Assembly: GCA_011525805.1 (NCBI GenBank)
Contig: WYBR01000059.1
Location: forward strand, 3,386-67,385
DNA: 64,000 nucleotides
From: Vicinamibacteraceae bacterium
GTDB taxonomy: Bacteria > Planctomycetota > Phycisphaerae > Phycisphaerales > UBA5793
Direction of reading: 5' to 3'
In this document: positions 9,152-17,790 of the stretch, in pieces
How positions within the stretch are numbered: position 1 is the stretch's first letter
Layout of the letters: each line of letters starts with the position of its first letter
Program-made: the position numbers and the translations under genes
The notes under the pieces: generated by a model
What the model saw: the letters and a program-made list of their open reading frames with translations, nothing else
Database searches by the model: none
Told to the model about the DNA's origin: nothing

Positions 9152-9915
9152 GTCGCTCACGATCGAGTTCGTGGCGGCGGTTCATCTGCACGACGTTGCT
9201 GTGGTCGTTGGCGCTGCTGCTCATCACGAACGTCGGGTGGTCGGTGTGGTTCTCGCAACGCTTTGCGGAAGCGTACAAGGATCAGTTCATACGAGATCTG
9301 GTCGGGTATCCCGTCGATTGGCCCAAGTGGATCGAGACACAAGGCCAGCGGCGCGTGTGGATCTCCCGCAGTGACTTCGGCGGTTTCGAATCACGTTGGC
9401 TCAGTGGATTCAAGGTCACAGCGGTATCAATGGATCTGCCGGATTTCCTCTCGGCTGGAATGCCGGATCATGCTCCATCCCGATCACTTCCGCGCTGGGT
9501 CGATGTCGATCGGTGGCGAAACGATGATCGGCCACTGGCCAACGGCGTGGCACATGAAATGTACGTCGGCGTCGCGTATCCGGCGCGCCTGCTTTGGTGT
9601 CGATGGGTGATGGAGCAGGGTGCCTGGGCGATTGATCGATCCACCGCGATCAATCGAACAGATGACCCGCAACCCTGGAACGGACAGGTCGACGAGGTGC
9701 TGCCCTTCCGCCCGATCTGGACGGGACAACTGGCCACCGCAGCAATCTGGTTCGGCGCCGTCCTGGCGCTCAGGTGCCTGTGGTATCTCGTGCGCTTCGG
9801 CCTGCGCGATCTCCGACGCAGTCGCGAGTTGTGCGCGCATTGCGCCTACAACCTCCGCGGCAACACCAGCGGCGTCTGCCCGGAGTGCGGGACGCCCGCG
9901 CAGCCTCACCCATGA
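9148..9915 (+). CDS. Membrane protein with C-terminal zinc ribbon (paralogous tail)
   Basis: The ATG at 9148 overlaps the upstream TGA (ATGA). N-terminal TM LLWSLALLLITNVGWSVWF, second TM near the C-terminus, tail CAHCAYNLRGNTSGVCPECGTP. Confidence 0.75.
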   Translation: MSRSRSSSWRRFICTTLLWSLALLLITNVGWSVWFSQRFAEAYKDQFIRDLVGYPVDWPKWIETQGQRRVWISRSDFGGFESRWLSGFKVTAVSMDLPDFLSAGMPDHAPSRSLPRWVDVDRWRNDDRPLANGVAHEMYVGVAYPARLLWCRWVMEQGAWAIDRSTAINRTDDPQPWNGQVDEVLPFRPIWTGQLATAAIWFGAVLALRCLWYLVRFGLRDLRRSRELCAHCAYNLRGNTSGVCPECGTPAQPHP

Positions 9916-11369
9916 ATCATCCGCCCCACGCTCGCGAGGGCCGCTTCGTGCACCGCCTCGTTCATCGTGGGGTGCGCGTGGACGGTGTTGATGATGTCCT
10001 CGGCCGTCGCTTCGAGGCTGCGGGCCAGGGCGAACTCGGCGATGAGTTCCGTCGCCTCGGCGCCGATGAGATGCGCGCCGAGAATCTCGCCGTGCGGAAT
10101 GCTCGTGAGCAGTTTCACCAGGCCGACGTTCTCGCCCTCGGCGATCGCCTTGCCGTGCGCCTTGAGTTGGTAGGAGCCGACGTTGTAGTCCTTGCCCGCG
10201 ACGAGGCCCGCTTCCTTGAGCGCTCGCTCGGTGCGGCCGATGCTCGCCACCTGCGGATGGCAGTAGGTGCAGCCGGGGATGGAGTCGTAGTCGACGCCGA
10301 CGCAGTCGTGCCCATTCATCCGTTCGACGCAGGCGACGGCCTCCTCGCTCGCGACGTGCGCGAGCCACGGCGGGCCGATGACATCGCCGACGGCGTAGAT
10401 GCCCGGCGCGCTGGTCTGGTAGGTCGGATCCTCGACGCCGCGGTACGCGACCTTGATGTGGTCCTTGAAGGTCTCGATGTTGAGCGATGAGTCAAACAGC
10501 CCGTCGTAGCGGCCGCGCACGCCGATCGCCACGAGCACGACGTCCGCCTCGATCGTCTCGGTCTTCGCCTCGTCGCCCGTCGCGGCGATGGTGACGCTCA
10601 GACCGCCTTTGCCTTTGTCGATCTTCTTCACGACGTGGCCCGTGCGGATGTTGATGCCGGACTTCTTGAACTCGCGCTCGAGCACCTTGCTGATGTCATC
10701 ATCCTCGATGGGCAGGAGGCGGTCGAGCATTTCGACGATGGTGACCTGCGTGCCGAAGGCGTTGTAGAAGTAGGCGAACTCGACGCCGATCGCCCCGGCG
10801 CCGACGATGAGCAGGCGCTTGGGTTGCACCGCCAGCGTCATCGCTTCCTTGGCGGCGATGATGGTCGTGCCGTCGAAGGGGGCGAAGGGCAGTTCGCGCG
10901 GCACCGAGCCGGTGGCGATGAGCACCTTCGGCGCCGTCAGGGTGTGCTGTCTGCTCCCGCCGGGCTTGTCGAAGACCTGCACCTCGCAGGGCAGCGTCGG
11001 CCTGGCCGCGCGGGTGATCTTCGCGTGGCCGGCAAAGTGCGTGATCTTGTTCTTCTTGAAGAGGAAGTGGATGCCCTTGTTGAGTTGATCGGCTACGCCG
11101 CGGCTGCGGCCGATGACCTTCTCCCAGTTGTGGCTGAGGCGCTCGAACTCAAAACCCCAGTCCTTGCCGTGCTGGGCGACCTCCTTGTAGAGGTAGGCGT
11201 TCTTGAGCAGGGCCTTGGTGGGAATGCAGCCCCAGTTGAGGCACACGCCCCCGAGCAGGTCGCGCTCGATGCAGGCGACTTTCATGCCCAGTTGGGCGGC
11301 GCGGATGGCCCCGACGTACCCCCCGGGGCCGCCGCCGATGACGATGAGATCGAATTGCGTGTCCGACAT
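9906..11369 (-). CDS. lpdA: Dihydrolipoyl dehydrogenase
   Basis: The ATG at 11369 gives MSDTQFDLIVIGGGPGGY. Redox-active CLNWGCIPTK, second dinucleotide fold IVGAGAIGVE, C-terminal HAHPT. Confidence 0.93.
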   Translation of the reverse strand: MSDTQFDLIVIGGGPGGYVGAIRAAQLGMKVACIERDLLGGVCLNWGCIPTKALLKNAYLYKEVAQHGKDWGFEFERLSHNWEKVIGRSRGVADQLNKGIHFLFKKNKITHFAGHAKITRAARPTLPCEVQVFDKPGGSRQHTLTAPKVLIATGSVPRELPFAPFDGTTIIAAKEAMTLAVQPKRLLIVGAGAIGVEFAYFYNAFGTQVTIVEMLDRLLPIEDDDISKVLEREFKKSGINIRTGHVVKKIDKGKGGLSVTIAATGDEAKTETIEADVVLVAIGVRGRYDGLFDSSLNIETFKDHIKVAYRGVEDPTYQTSAPGIYAVGDVIGPPWLAHVASEEAVACVERMNGHDCVGVDYDSIPGCTYCHPQVASIGRTERALKEAGLVAGKDYNVGSYQLKAHGKAIAEGENVGLVKLLTSIPHGEILGAHLIGAEATELIAEFALARSLEATAEDIINTVHAHPTMNEAVHEAALASVGRMIHG

Positions 11370-11540
11370 GGATCGTTCCTTGTCAGGCCGGGCCGGCGCC
11401 AAAGGCCGGAGGGCCGCGATGGGTAGATGGACAGGAGCAGCGCCGAACCGCGCCGCGAAAGCGATGGTAGGCACCCTCGCCGCCCCTCTGGGCGCGCCCG
11501 CTACCGCAGCGCCGCCGGCGGGCGCGGCCCGCCGTGCACG

Positions 11541-11648
11541 CTACTTTCGCGGCCAGATGCGGCGCAGGTCGAGCAGGAACCAGAGGAACACGAGCACGGC
11601 CCCGGGGCCGAGGATGATCACCGCCAGCCACGTCGCCCACAGCATCAT
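11541..11648 (-). CDS. Candidate 35-aa single-TM mini-protein coupled to the symporter
   Basis: Below the track length cutoff. My translation: MMLWATWLAVIILGPGAVLVFLWFLLDLRRIWPRK*. Its ATG (11648) overlaps the symporter TGA (11647..11645). Confidence 0.4.
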   Translation of the reverse strand: MMLWATWLAVIILGPGAVLVFLWFLLDLRRIWPRK

Positions 11649-13090
11649 CGCTCATCCCTCCCCAGCAGCCATCCCGCCGCGAAGGCCAGGGCCGAGGCCG
11701 GCAGGGCGAAGAGCACCGCGTACTCGCGCCACGCCTCGAACGAACCGACGCGCCACACCATCGACTCCACCTCCACGTCATACTCGCCGTTGAGGGCGAC
11801 GGCGAGGTGATACGCCGCGTAAACGATGATCCCCGACATCGTGCTGAGCCAGCCCGCAAGCGGCGGCGGGTTGGCCAGGATCGCCCCGAGCGCCGGCACG
11901 AGCACGACCGACGCGAGGGCTCCGCTCATGAACACCCAGGCGTGGTTGATGCGGTCGAACTCGAGCGACAGCAGCGAGCCGAGCAGAAGAACGACGATGA
12001 TGCCCGCGCGCGTCAGCCAGATGAGTTGCGCGTCGGTCAGCGGTTTGCGGCGAAGGGGGCGGTAGATGTCGTAGACGATGTTGCCGCTGGCGAGCAGCGC
12101 ATAGGTGTCGGTGCTCGACATCGCCGCGGCGAGCACGCCGCCCAGAAACAGGCCGCGCAGCCCCAGCGGCAGCGTCTGCATGCACACGGCCATGAGCGCC
12201 TCGCGCCCTTCAAGATCGGCGCTGAGCAGTTGTTTCTCGACGGCGACGCGGCCGATCATCCCCACCACCGTCACGCCCCAGTCGTAGGCCGCCCAGAGAA
12301 GGATGCCGATGAGCAGCGCGCGGATGACGGAGCGGGCGTCCTTGGCCGCGAAGATGCGCTGATAGAACGCCGGCTCGACGAAGACCGTCAGCGCGCCGAC
12401 GGTCCACGCGAGGATGATGCCCCACCCCAGGCCGCCCGTGGCCGTCATGTGCTCGGCCGGGAGAATCTCGAAGGACTCGAACCCGCCGACCCACCGGAGC
12501 GCGATGGGAATGGCGATGGCGAGGGAGACGCACATGAGGACAAACTGGATAGTGTCGGAGATGGCGTCGGCCCAGAGGCCGCCCATCGCCGTGTACGCCG
12601 CGCAGATCCCCATCGAGATGAGCAGCGCGATGTGCGTCTCCCAGCCGAGCATTCTGAACATGATCGTCATGCCGGCGAGCGCGGTGATGGGCAGGCTGTA
12701 GACGAAGCAGGCCAGCGCGCCGGCGATGCGCGTGCCGACGCCGTACTGCCGTTCGAGCAGGTCGGGGAGGGTGATGCAGTCGAGTTTCTTGAGTCGCGGT
12801 GCGAGCAGGATCGCCGCGAGGATGATGCAGACGTAATACGGCCGGCTGAGCCAGAACCACGAGACCAGGCCGTAGTAATACCCCTGCTCGCTCACGGCAA
12901 AGGTGACGTCGAGTTCGTAATAGGTGCTCACCAGCGTGCAGACGAGCAGGGGCGTGGTGAGCGCCCCGCCGGCGAGGAAGTACTCCTTGAAGCCGTGAAT
13001 GCGCCGCGCCAGCAGCGCCCCGATCGCCATCATGCCGAGCATGTAGAAGGCGAGGATCGACCAGTCGAGGGTGTGGAGGGATTGGTCCAT
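11645..13090 (-). CDS. Sodium:solute symporter family transporter
   Basis: ORF 11645..13123; the ATG at 13090 gives MDQSLHTLDWSILAFYMLGMMAIG. About 13 hydrophobic segments, with the typical SSF N-terminus. Confidence 0.85.
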   Translation of the reverse strand: MDQSLHTLDWSILAFYMLGMMAIGALLARRIHGFKEYFLAGGALTTPLLVCTLVSTYYELDVTFAVSEQGYYYGLVSWFWLSRPYYVCIILAAILLAPRLKKLDCITLPDLLERQYGVGTRIAGALACFVYSLPITALAGMTIMFRMLGWETHIALLISMGICAAYTAMGGLWADAISDTIQFVLMCVSLAIAIPIALRWVGGFESFEILPAEHMTATGGLGWGIILAWTVGALTVFVEPAFYQRIFAAKDARSVIRALLIGILLWAAYDWGVTVVGMIGRVAVEKQLLSADLEGREALMAVCMQTLPLGLRGLFLGGVLAAAMSSTDTYALLASGNIVYDIYRPLRRKPLTDAQLIWLTRAGIIVVLLLGSLLSLEFDRINHAWVFMSGALASVVLVPALGAILANPPPLAGWLSTMSGIIVYAAYHLAVALNGEYDVEVESMVWRVGSFEAWREYAVLFALPASALAFAAGWLLGRDER

Positions 13091-13416
13091 CGCGGGGGCG
13101 ATTGTAGAGTGCCTGCGCGTCAAGACGGCCGCTGATGCACGCCACTAGGCCGACGCGCCGGCGGGGACGACAGACGGCGATCGGGACGGCCGTTTGCCGC
13201 CTTTCTGGGCGGCTTGACCGCGTGCGGTCCCTCGGCGGCGAGGTCGAGCCGCACCGGGGCGGGGCGGCGGGTCCAGGGACCGGCGTGGGGGGAGGACCGT
13301 ACTTCGGGGTGGTTTTCCTGCTGCACTCCCAGGAATCGGCGGTACACTCTCCAGAGGCGAAGCAGTTCACTGGGTTGGGTTGGACTGTTGTCCTCCCGAC
13401 GAAAGGCAGGTGCGCG

Positions 13417-13827
13417 ATGCAGACGTTTGCCCAGACGAAACGGTTGAAGTGGTTCTTCACGGTCGCGGCTGCGGCGATGAGCCTTGCAGCGGCCTCCGAT
13501 GCCTCCGCTCAGCCGGTGCTCACGCTGGAAGGCTCGTGTCCCGGGCCCATGCGGGCGGAGGTGCGCAACGCACCTCGCAACGTGAGTGCTTTCCTTCTCT
13601 TCGCTCGCTCCACCGGGAGTTTCCTCATCCGCGGCGGCGCATGCTGGGGCACGACGCTGGGGCTCAGTTCGCAGGGACTTCGACAGGTCGGTGAGGCCAT
13701 CACTGATGGAACAGGATTCGCTTCTTTCGAGGGCAATGTTGGGCGGGCCGCCTGTGGGGGATACTTACAGATCCTCATGGGTGCTGGCGGCGGGTGCCAA
13801 ACGAGCAATGTCGTCAGGATCGAGTAG
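13417..13827 (+). CDS. Small secreted Cys-containing protein
   Basis: In-frame ATG at 13417. Signal peptide MQTFAQTKRLKWFFTVAAAAMSLAAASDASAQ. The mature part aligns with the C-terminal domain of 39422..41152 (GSCPG...C.GT.L.L...AAC.G...Q...C.TS). Confidence 0.6.
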   Translation: MQTFAQTKRLKWFFTVAAAAMSLAAASDASAQPVLTLEGSCPGPMRAEVRNAPRNVSAFLLFARSTGSFLIRGGACWGTTLGLSSQGLRQVGEAITDGTGFASFEGNVGRAACGGYLQILMGAGGGCQTSNVVRIE

Positions 13828-13891
13828 GCGGTTCATGTATTGCGGGAGCGTTCTGAGGCTTCGAGGCAGTCTGCTGCTGGCGTCGGATTCG

Positions 13892-15593
13892 ATGGAGGGA
13901 CATGCGATGGAGCGAAGTACCGTTGGTCGCGATCGCAGCGTGAGTCTCAGAGTGGCTTTCATTCTTTTCACAAGCGCGCTCGGTGCCACCGCGTTCGGTC
14001 AAGAGTGTGGCCGCCGCGTGGACTTCGAGTTCGAGGCGCACTCCACCACGCTGGAGAATCAGGCAGATTGCGCGATTGCCGTCGGACCGAGCCACATTCT
14101 CACGACGACGAACTGGGGACGGCGTGTGTGGGATCGCAATGGTGGGCTGTTGGTTTCGGAGACGCTTGAGCAGTTCTTTGGGTTCCCCGTGTTCTCCGAT
14201 GCGGTCGTCGCATTTGATCCAGACTCGGCTCGGTTCTTCGTGCTGGTCATGCGCAATACGGTCGATTCGCTGGCGCTTGCCGTGTCGCACAACTCCGATC
14301 CCGTCGACCGCAACAACTGGGACTTCCACCAGCCGCCGGCGCTTCCTGTCTTGCCTGATTACCCGCACATGAGCGTCGGCCCACAGCAAGTCTTCTTCAG
14401 TTGGCAACGCGCTCACATCCCGACGAAAGGAACGGCCGAGATCGCCTGGGCCGACAAAGCCGCGCTCCTCAACGGACAGTTGCCGCCGGTCCAGCGGCAC
14501 TTCATCGATCAGATTCCCAACCAGGACAACACCTACTGGCGCGCCATCGGCTGCTTCAGGATGTATGAGCAGGTCTCGCCGTCCATGGGCTACTTCATCA
14601 CCGACTCCCACACGATCACCGGCGAGAACAATTGGGTGCGCCTGTACGCCCTGGACGCCGCCACCAACACGCTCTATGAGCCTTTCGACCTGACCGTGCC
14701 GTACTACAGGACCGCGCCCTGGGGGCATCAACATGCCCGGAGGCACCATCAACTGCATGCCGTTCTTCAAGTTTCCCGTGTATCGGAACGGATCGGCGTG
14801 GGTCGTTCACGCCATCGGCGACGATGAGCCGAACACGGCCAAACTGCGCTGGCACCAGATTGCCATGAACGGCTGGCCGCTGAGCGGCAACATCCCGACG
14901 CTCGTCCAGTCGGGAACCATCGATCCGGATGACGCTTCCGCCAGCGCTCTCTTTCCGGCGATTCACGTCGATGACGCCGGCAATATGGCGATCACCTACA
15001 ACGAATGCTCTCCGACGCAGCACATCGCCATCCGGCGAACCATCCGCAAGCACTACGATGCCCCGGGTACGACTCGCGCGCCGATCACCGTGCGCGAGAG
15101 CACGGCATCGCCAGTGAATGCGGCCTGGGCGGACTACAGCCAGATGGACGAGGATCCAGCAAACCCCGGCGTGATGTGGAGCCATCTTGAATGGTTCGGC
15201 ATCAACGCCGTGACGCCCGATCTCGTTGAAAAGAGGCGAACGTCCGTCGTGCGCACAGACCTGAACAAATCGCTCACGTTTGAGATTGGCCCGGAAGGTC
15301 CGATCCGGCGCGGGGTGACTTCCGTTCACCTCGAAACGCGCGGCGCCGCACCTGGGGGGCTGGTCAGGTGGTTTTACTCAACCACCGGCTGCGGTTCGAC
15401 CACGATCCTGCCTCTGCAGGTGACATTGGAGATCGGGAATGCGGTGTTCTTGGCGCAGGCTCTGGCGGATGCTGAAGGAACAGCCGTCAAGAACTTCACG
15501 ATGCCCGCTGATTTCCCGCTGGGCGAGGTGTGGGCGCAGTCCGCTGAGTATCAGAACACGTCGGAGGTCGTGAAGCGGATCATCGTGGACTGA
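13892..15593 (+). pseudogene. Secreted protein gene split by a +1 frame change in a G5 run
   Basis: ORF 13586..14827 has in-frame ATGs at 13892 and 13907 and a signal-like VSLRVAFILFTSALGATAFGQ. ORF 14733..15593 is one frame over. Removing one G from g14721-14725 reads ...YYRTAPWGINMPGGTINCMPFFKF continuously. Confidence 0.6.
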
Positions 15594-15610
15594 GGGTGGT
15601 ACTGGCTCGA

Positions 15611-17653
15611 TCACTTCGTCGATCGCTTCCTGCGAAGCCCGCCGCTCACAGTCGGCTGTGTTGCGTCGGCGAAGAGGTTTTCGGGCGAGGCGTCGGGATT
15701 TTCAGCCGCGCCGCCTTCGTCATCACCCGCATCGCCGGTGAGATTGATCGGCGCGCGGCGTTCTTCGCAGATGATCACGCCGTCATCGTCAGCCAGTCGC
15801 CCGCCGTCGTCCACGACGTTGCCGGAATCGTCGAGGACGTAGTCCGCCTCGGCGGTGCGGCGCTGCGCCTGCTTCATCAGCGCGTCGTAGAGCGCCTGGC
15901 CGTCGGTTCCGGTGATGGCTTCGCAGGCCCGGCTGATCTCGCCGATGTAGCGCAGGAAGGCGCCGCGCCGCTCGCCCTCGCGGCGCATCTTGCGCCGGCG
16001 GTTCAAATACGTCTGCATCTTGCGCCCGCATTCCTGAAGCGCCAGGCGCATCTCTTTGCGGATCTCGTCGTAGTCGGCGATGGCCTCTTTGCTCTCGCTC
16101 GTGAATGGCACCCAGACCGAGGCCATGTGGATCATCACCACGAGGGGGCCGACGGGCAGGGCGTTCTTGGGCTGCGTCAGGCCGTAGTTGCGCCAGTTCG
16201 TCTCGACGACCGCCTTGAAGGACGAGCACGCCGACTGCTGGTAGAGCAGCGGCACGCGATTGGCGAAGCGGATGACGCGCGCGGGGTCTTCGGCGGGGAG
16301 GTCACCGCCGAAGGCGATCGCGGCCTCGATCACGAAGGGCCTTCCGCGGTAGACCGCCGCAGGGCGCGTGCTGGCGGCGTAGAACTCCGCCTTCACTTCC
16401 TTGAGCAGGCCCGCCAGCAGCGTGCGCGTGCCGATGGGCTGCACGCAACTGGTCGGCGGGGCCATGATCTTCACTTCCTGAATCGCCTTGTAGAGGCGCT
16501 CGGCATCAGCATGGCCGGTCTGCTTGATCCAGGTGCGATCCGTGAGCCCTGCCTTGGCGCATATCTCCTTGGCGACACTGGGACCGACTCGGCAGAACTC
16601 CTTCTTGAAGAACGCGCCCAGTTGCGTCGTCTCCGTGCGCTCGAGCATCTGAATGAGCGTGCCCAGTTCGATGCCGCGCGGATGCGGCTTGATCTCTTCC
16701 GCCTCCGGGGGCAGGTCTTCGACGGTGCGGTTGTACTCGAATCGCTCATTCGTCGGCGCGATGTAGGTGAGGCGCGCGTGCGGGTTGGCGATGGCGGTCT
16801 GCTCGAGGTATTCGTCGATGCTCTGGCGTCCCTTGAGGTACTTGCCTTCGAGTTCGATGGTGACCTGCGTGCCGTGGCCCTCGGCGAAGAGCGGATCATC
16901 CTCGGGGTGCTCCGTTTCACTGACGACGTCGGCCTTGTTCTTGCTCGTGTCCATCTTGAGCAGGACTTCGTGGGCGGGCTTGTTTCTCTTCGTCTTGCTG
17001 ATGATGAGCACGGGCTTGCCGGTCGTCATCAGGCCGTACATGCCCGCGGCGGAGATGCCGATGCCCTGCTGGCCGCGGCTCATCTTGAGGCGGTGGAACT
17101 TCGAGCCGTAGAGGAGTTTGCCGAAGATGTTGTCGATCTGCTTGCGGACGATGCCGGGCCCGTTGTCGCGGATGGTGACCTTGAAGCGGCTCTCGTTGGT
17201 CTGGAGGATCTCGACGTGGATGTCGGGGAGGATGCCCGCCTCTTCGCAGGCGTCGAGGGAATTGTCCACAGCCTCTTTGACCGTCGTGAGCAGGGCTTTG
17301 CGCGGATTGTCGAAACCGAGCAGGTGGCGGTTTTTGGCGAAGAACTCCGAGACGCTGATCTCGCGCTGCTTCGCGGCCATGGACTCGGCGGTGGCGCGCT
17401 GGCGGGGCTTGCCTTTCGAGGAGGGGGTAACCGCAGAGGTCGCAGAGGGGGAATCCGATGGGTCGGGCTGCGAATCTGATGTCGCTGCGCTCGCTGCCTG
17501 GGCCCTCCTGGTCTCCTTTTTGCTCTTCTCTGCGCTCGCAGCACTCTCGGCGGTGAATTCCTCTTCTCCCGCCAGACGGAGGCGCGGGGCTTTGGTGGGC
17601 TTCTTCGATGGCATGGCGGAATCGAGCGGGTTGGTCGCGAACAGGGAAGTCAT
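15611..17653 (-). CDS. top6B: DNA topoisomerase VI subunit B (GHKL ATPase)
   Basis: 680 aa. Bergerat-fold boxes [21 protein letters not shown] and [15 protein letters not shown], followed by H2TH-like and transducer regions. Low-complexity basic N-terminus and acidic C-terminal tail. Confidence 0.88.
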   Translation of the reverse strand: MTSLFATNPLDSAMPSKKPTKAPRLRLAGEEEFTAESAASAEKSKKETRRAQAASAATSDSQPDPSDSPSATSAVTPSSKGKPRQRATAESMAAKQREISVSEFFAKNRHLLGFDNPRKALLTTVKEAVDNSLDACEEAGILPDIHVEILQTNESRFKVTIRDNGPGIVRKQIDNIFGKLLYGSKFHRLKMSRGQQGIGISAAGMYGLMTTGKPVLIISKTKRNKPAHEVLLKMDTSKNKADVVSETEHPEDDPLFAEGHGTQVTIELEGKYLKGRQSIDEYLEQTAIANPHARLTYIAPTNERFEYNRTVEDLPPEAEEIKPHPRGIELGTLIQMLERTETTQLGAFFKKEFCRVGPSVAKEICAKAGLTDRTWIKQTGHADAERLYKAIQEVKIMAPPTSCVQPIGTRTLLAGLLKEVKAEFYAASTRPAAVYRGRPFVIEAAIAFGGDLPAEDPARVIRFANRVPLLYQQSACSSFKAVVETNWRNYGLTQPKNALPVGPLVVMIHMASVWVPFTSESKEAIADYDEIRKEMRLALQECGRKMQTYLNRRRKMRREGERRGAFLRYIGEISRACEAITGTDGQALYDALMKQAQRRTAEADYVLDDSGNVVDDGGRLADDDGVIICEERRAPINLTGDAGDDEGGAAENPDASPENLFADATQPTVSGGLRRKRSTK

Positions 17654-17790
17654 GAATCAAGCCCTCCATGGCTTGCGGTGCGGCGCGGACGTGCGAGGCG
17701 CCGGCGCCCGGCAGCGCCCCGAGGGTCGGCGCGCCACGTTCTGCATCGGCACAACGGGCAAGGATAGTCGAGCGATCAGGGGGTGGCGTA

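Noticed and set aside
9906-9915. 10-nt convergent overlap between the 3' ends of the zinc-ribbon gene and lpdA
   Set aside because: Both stops are well supported. Short convergent overlaps are common in compact genomes and need no special explanation.
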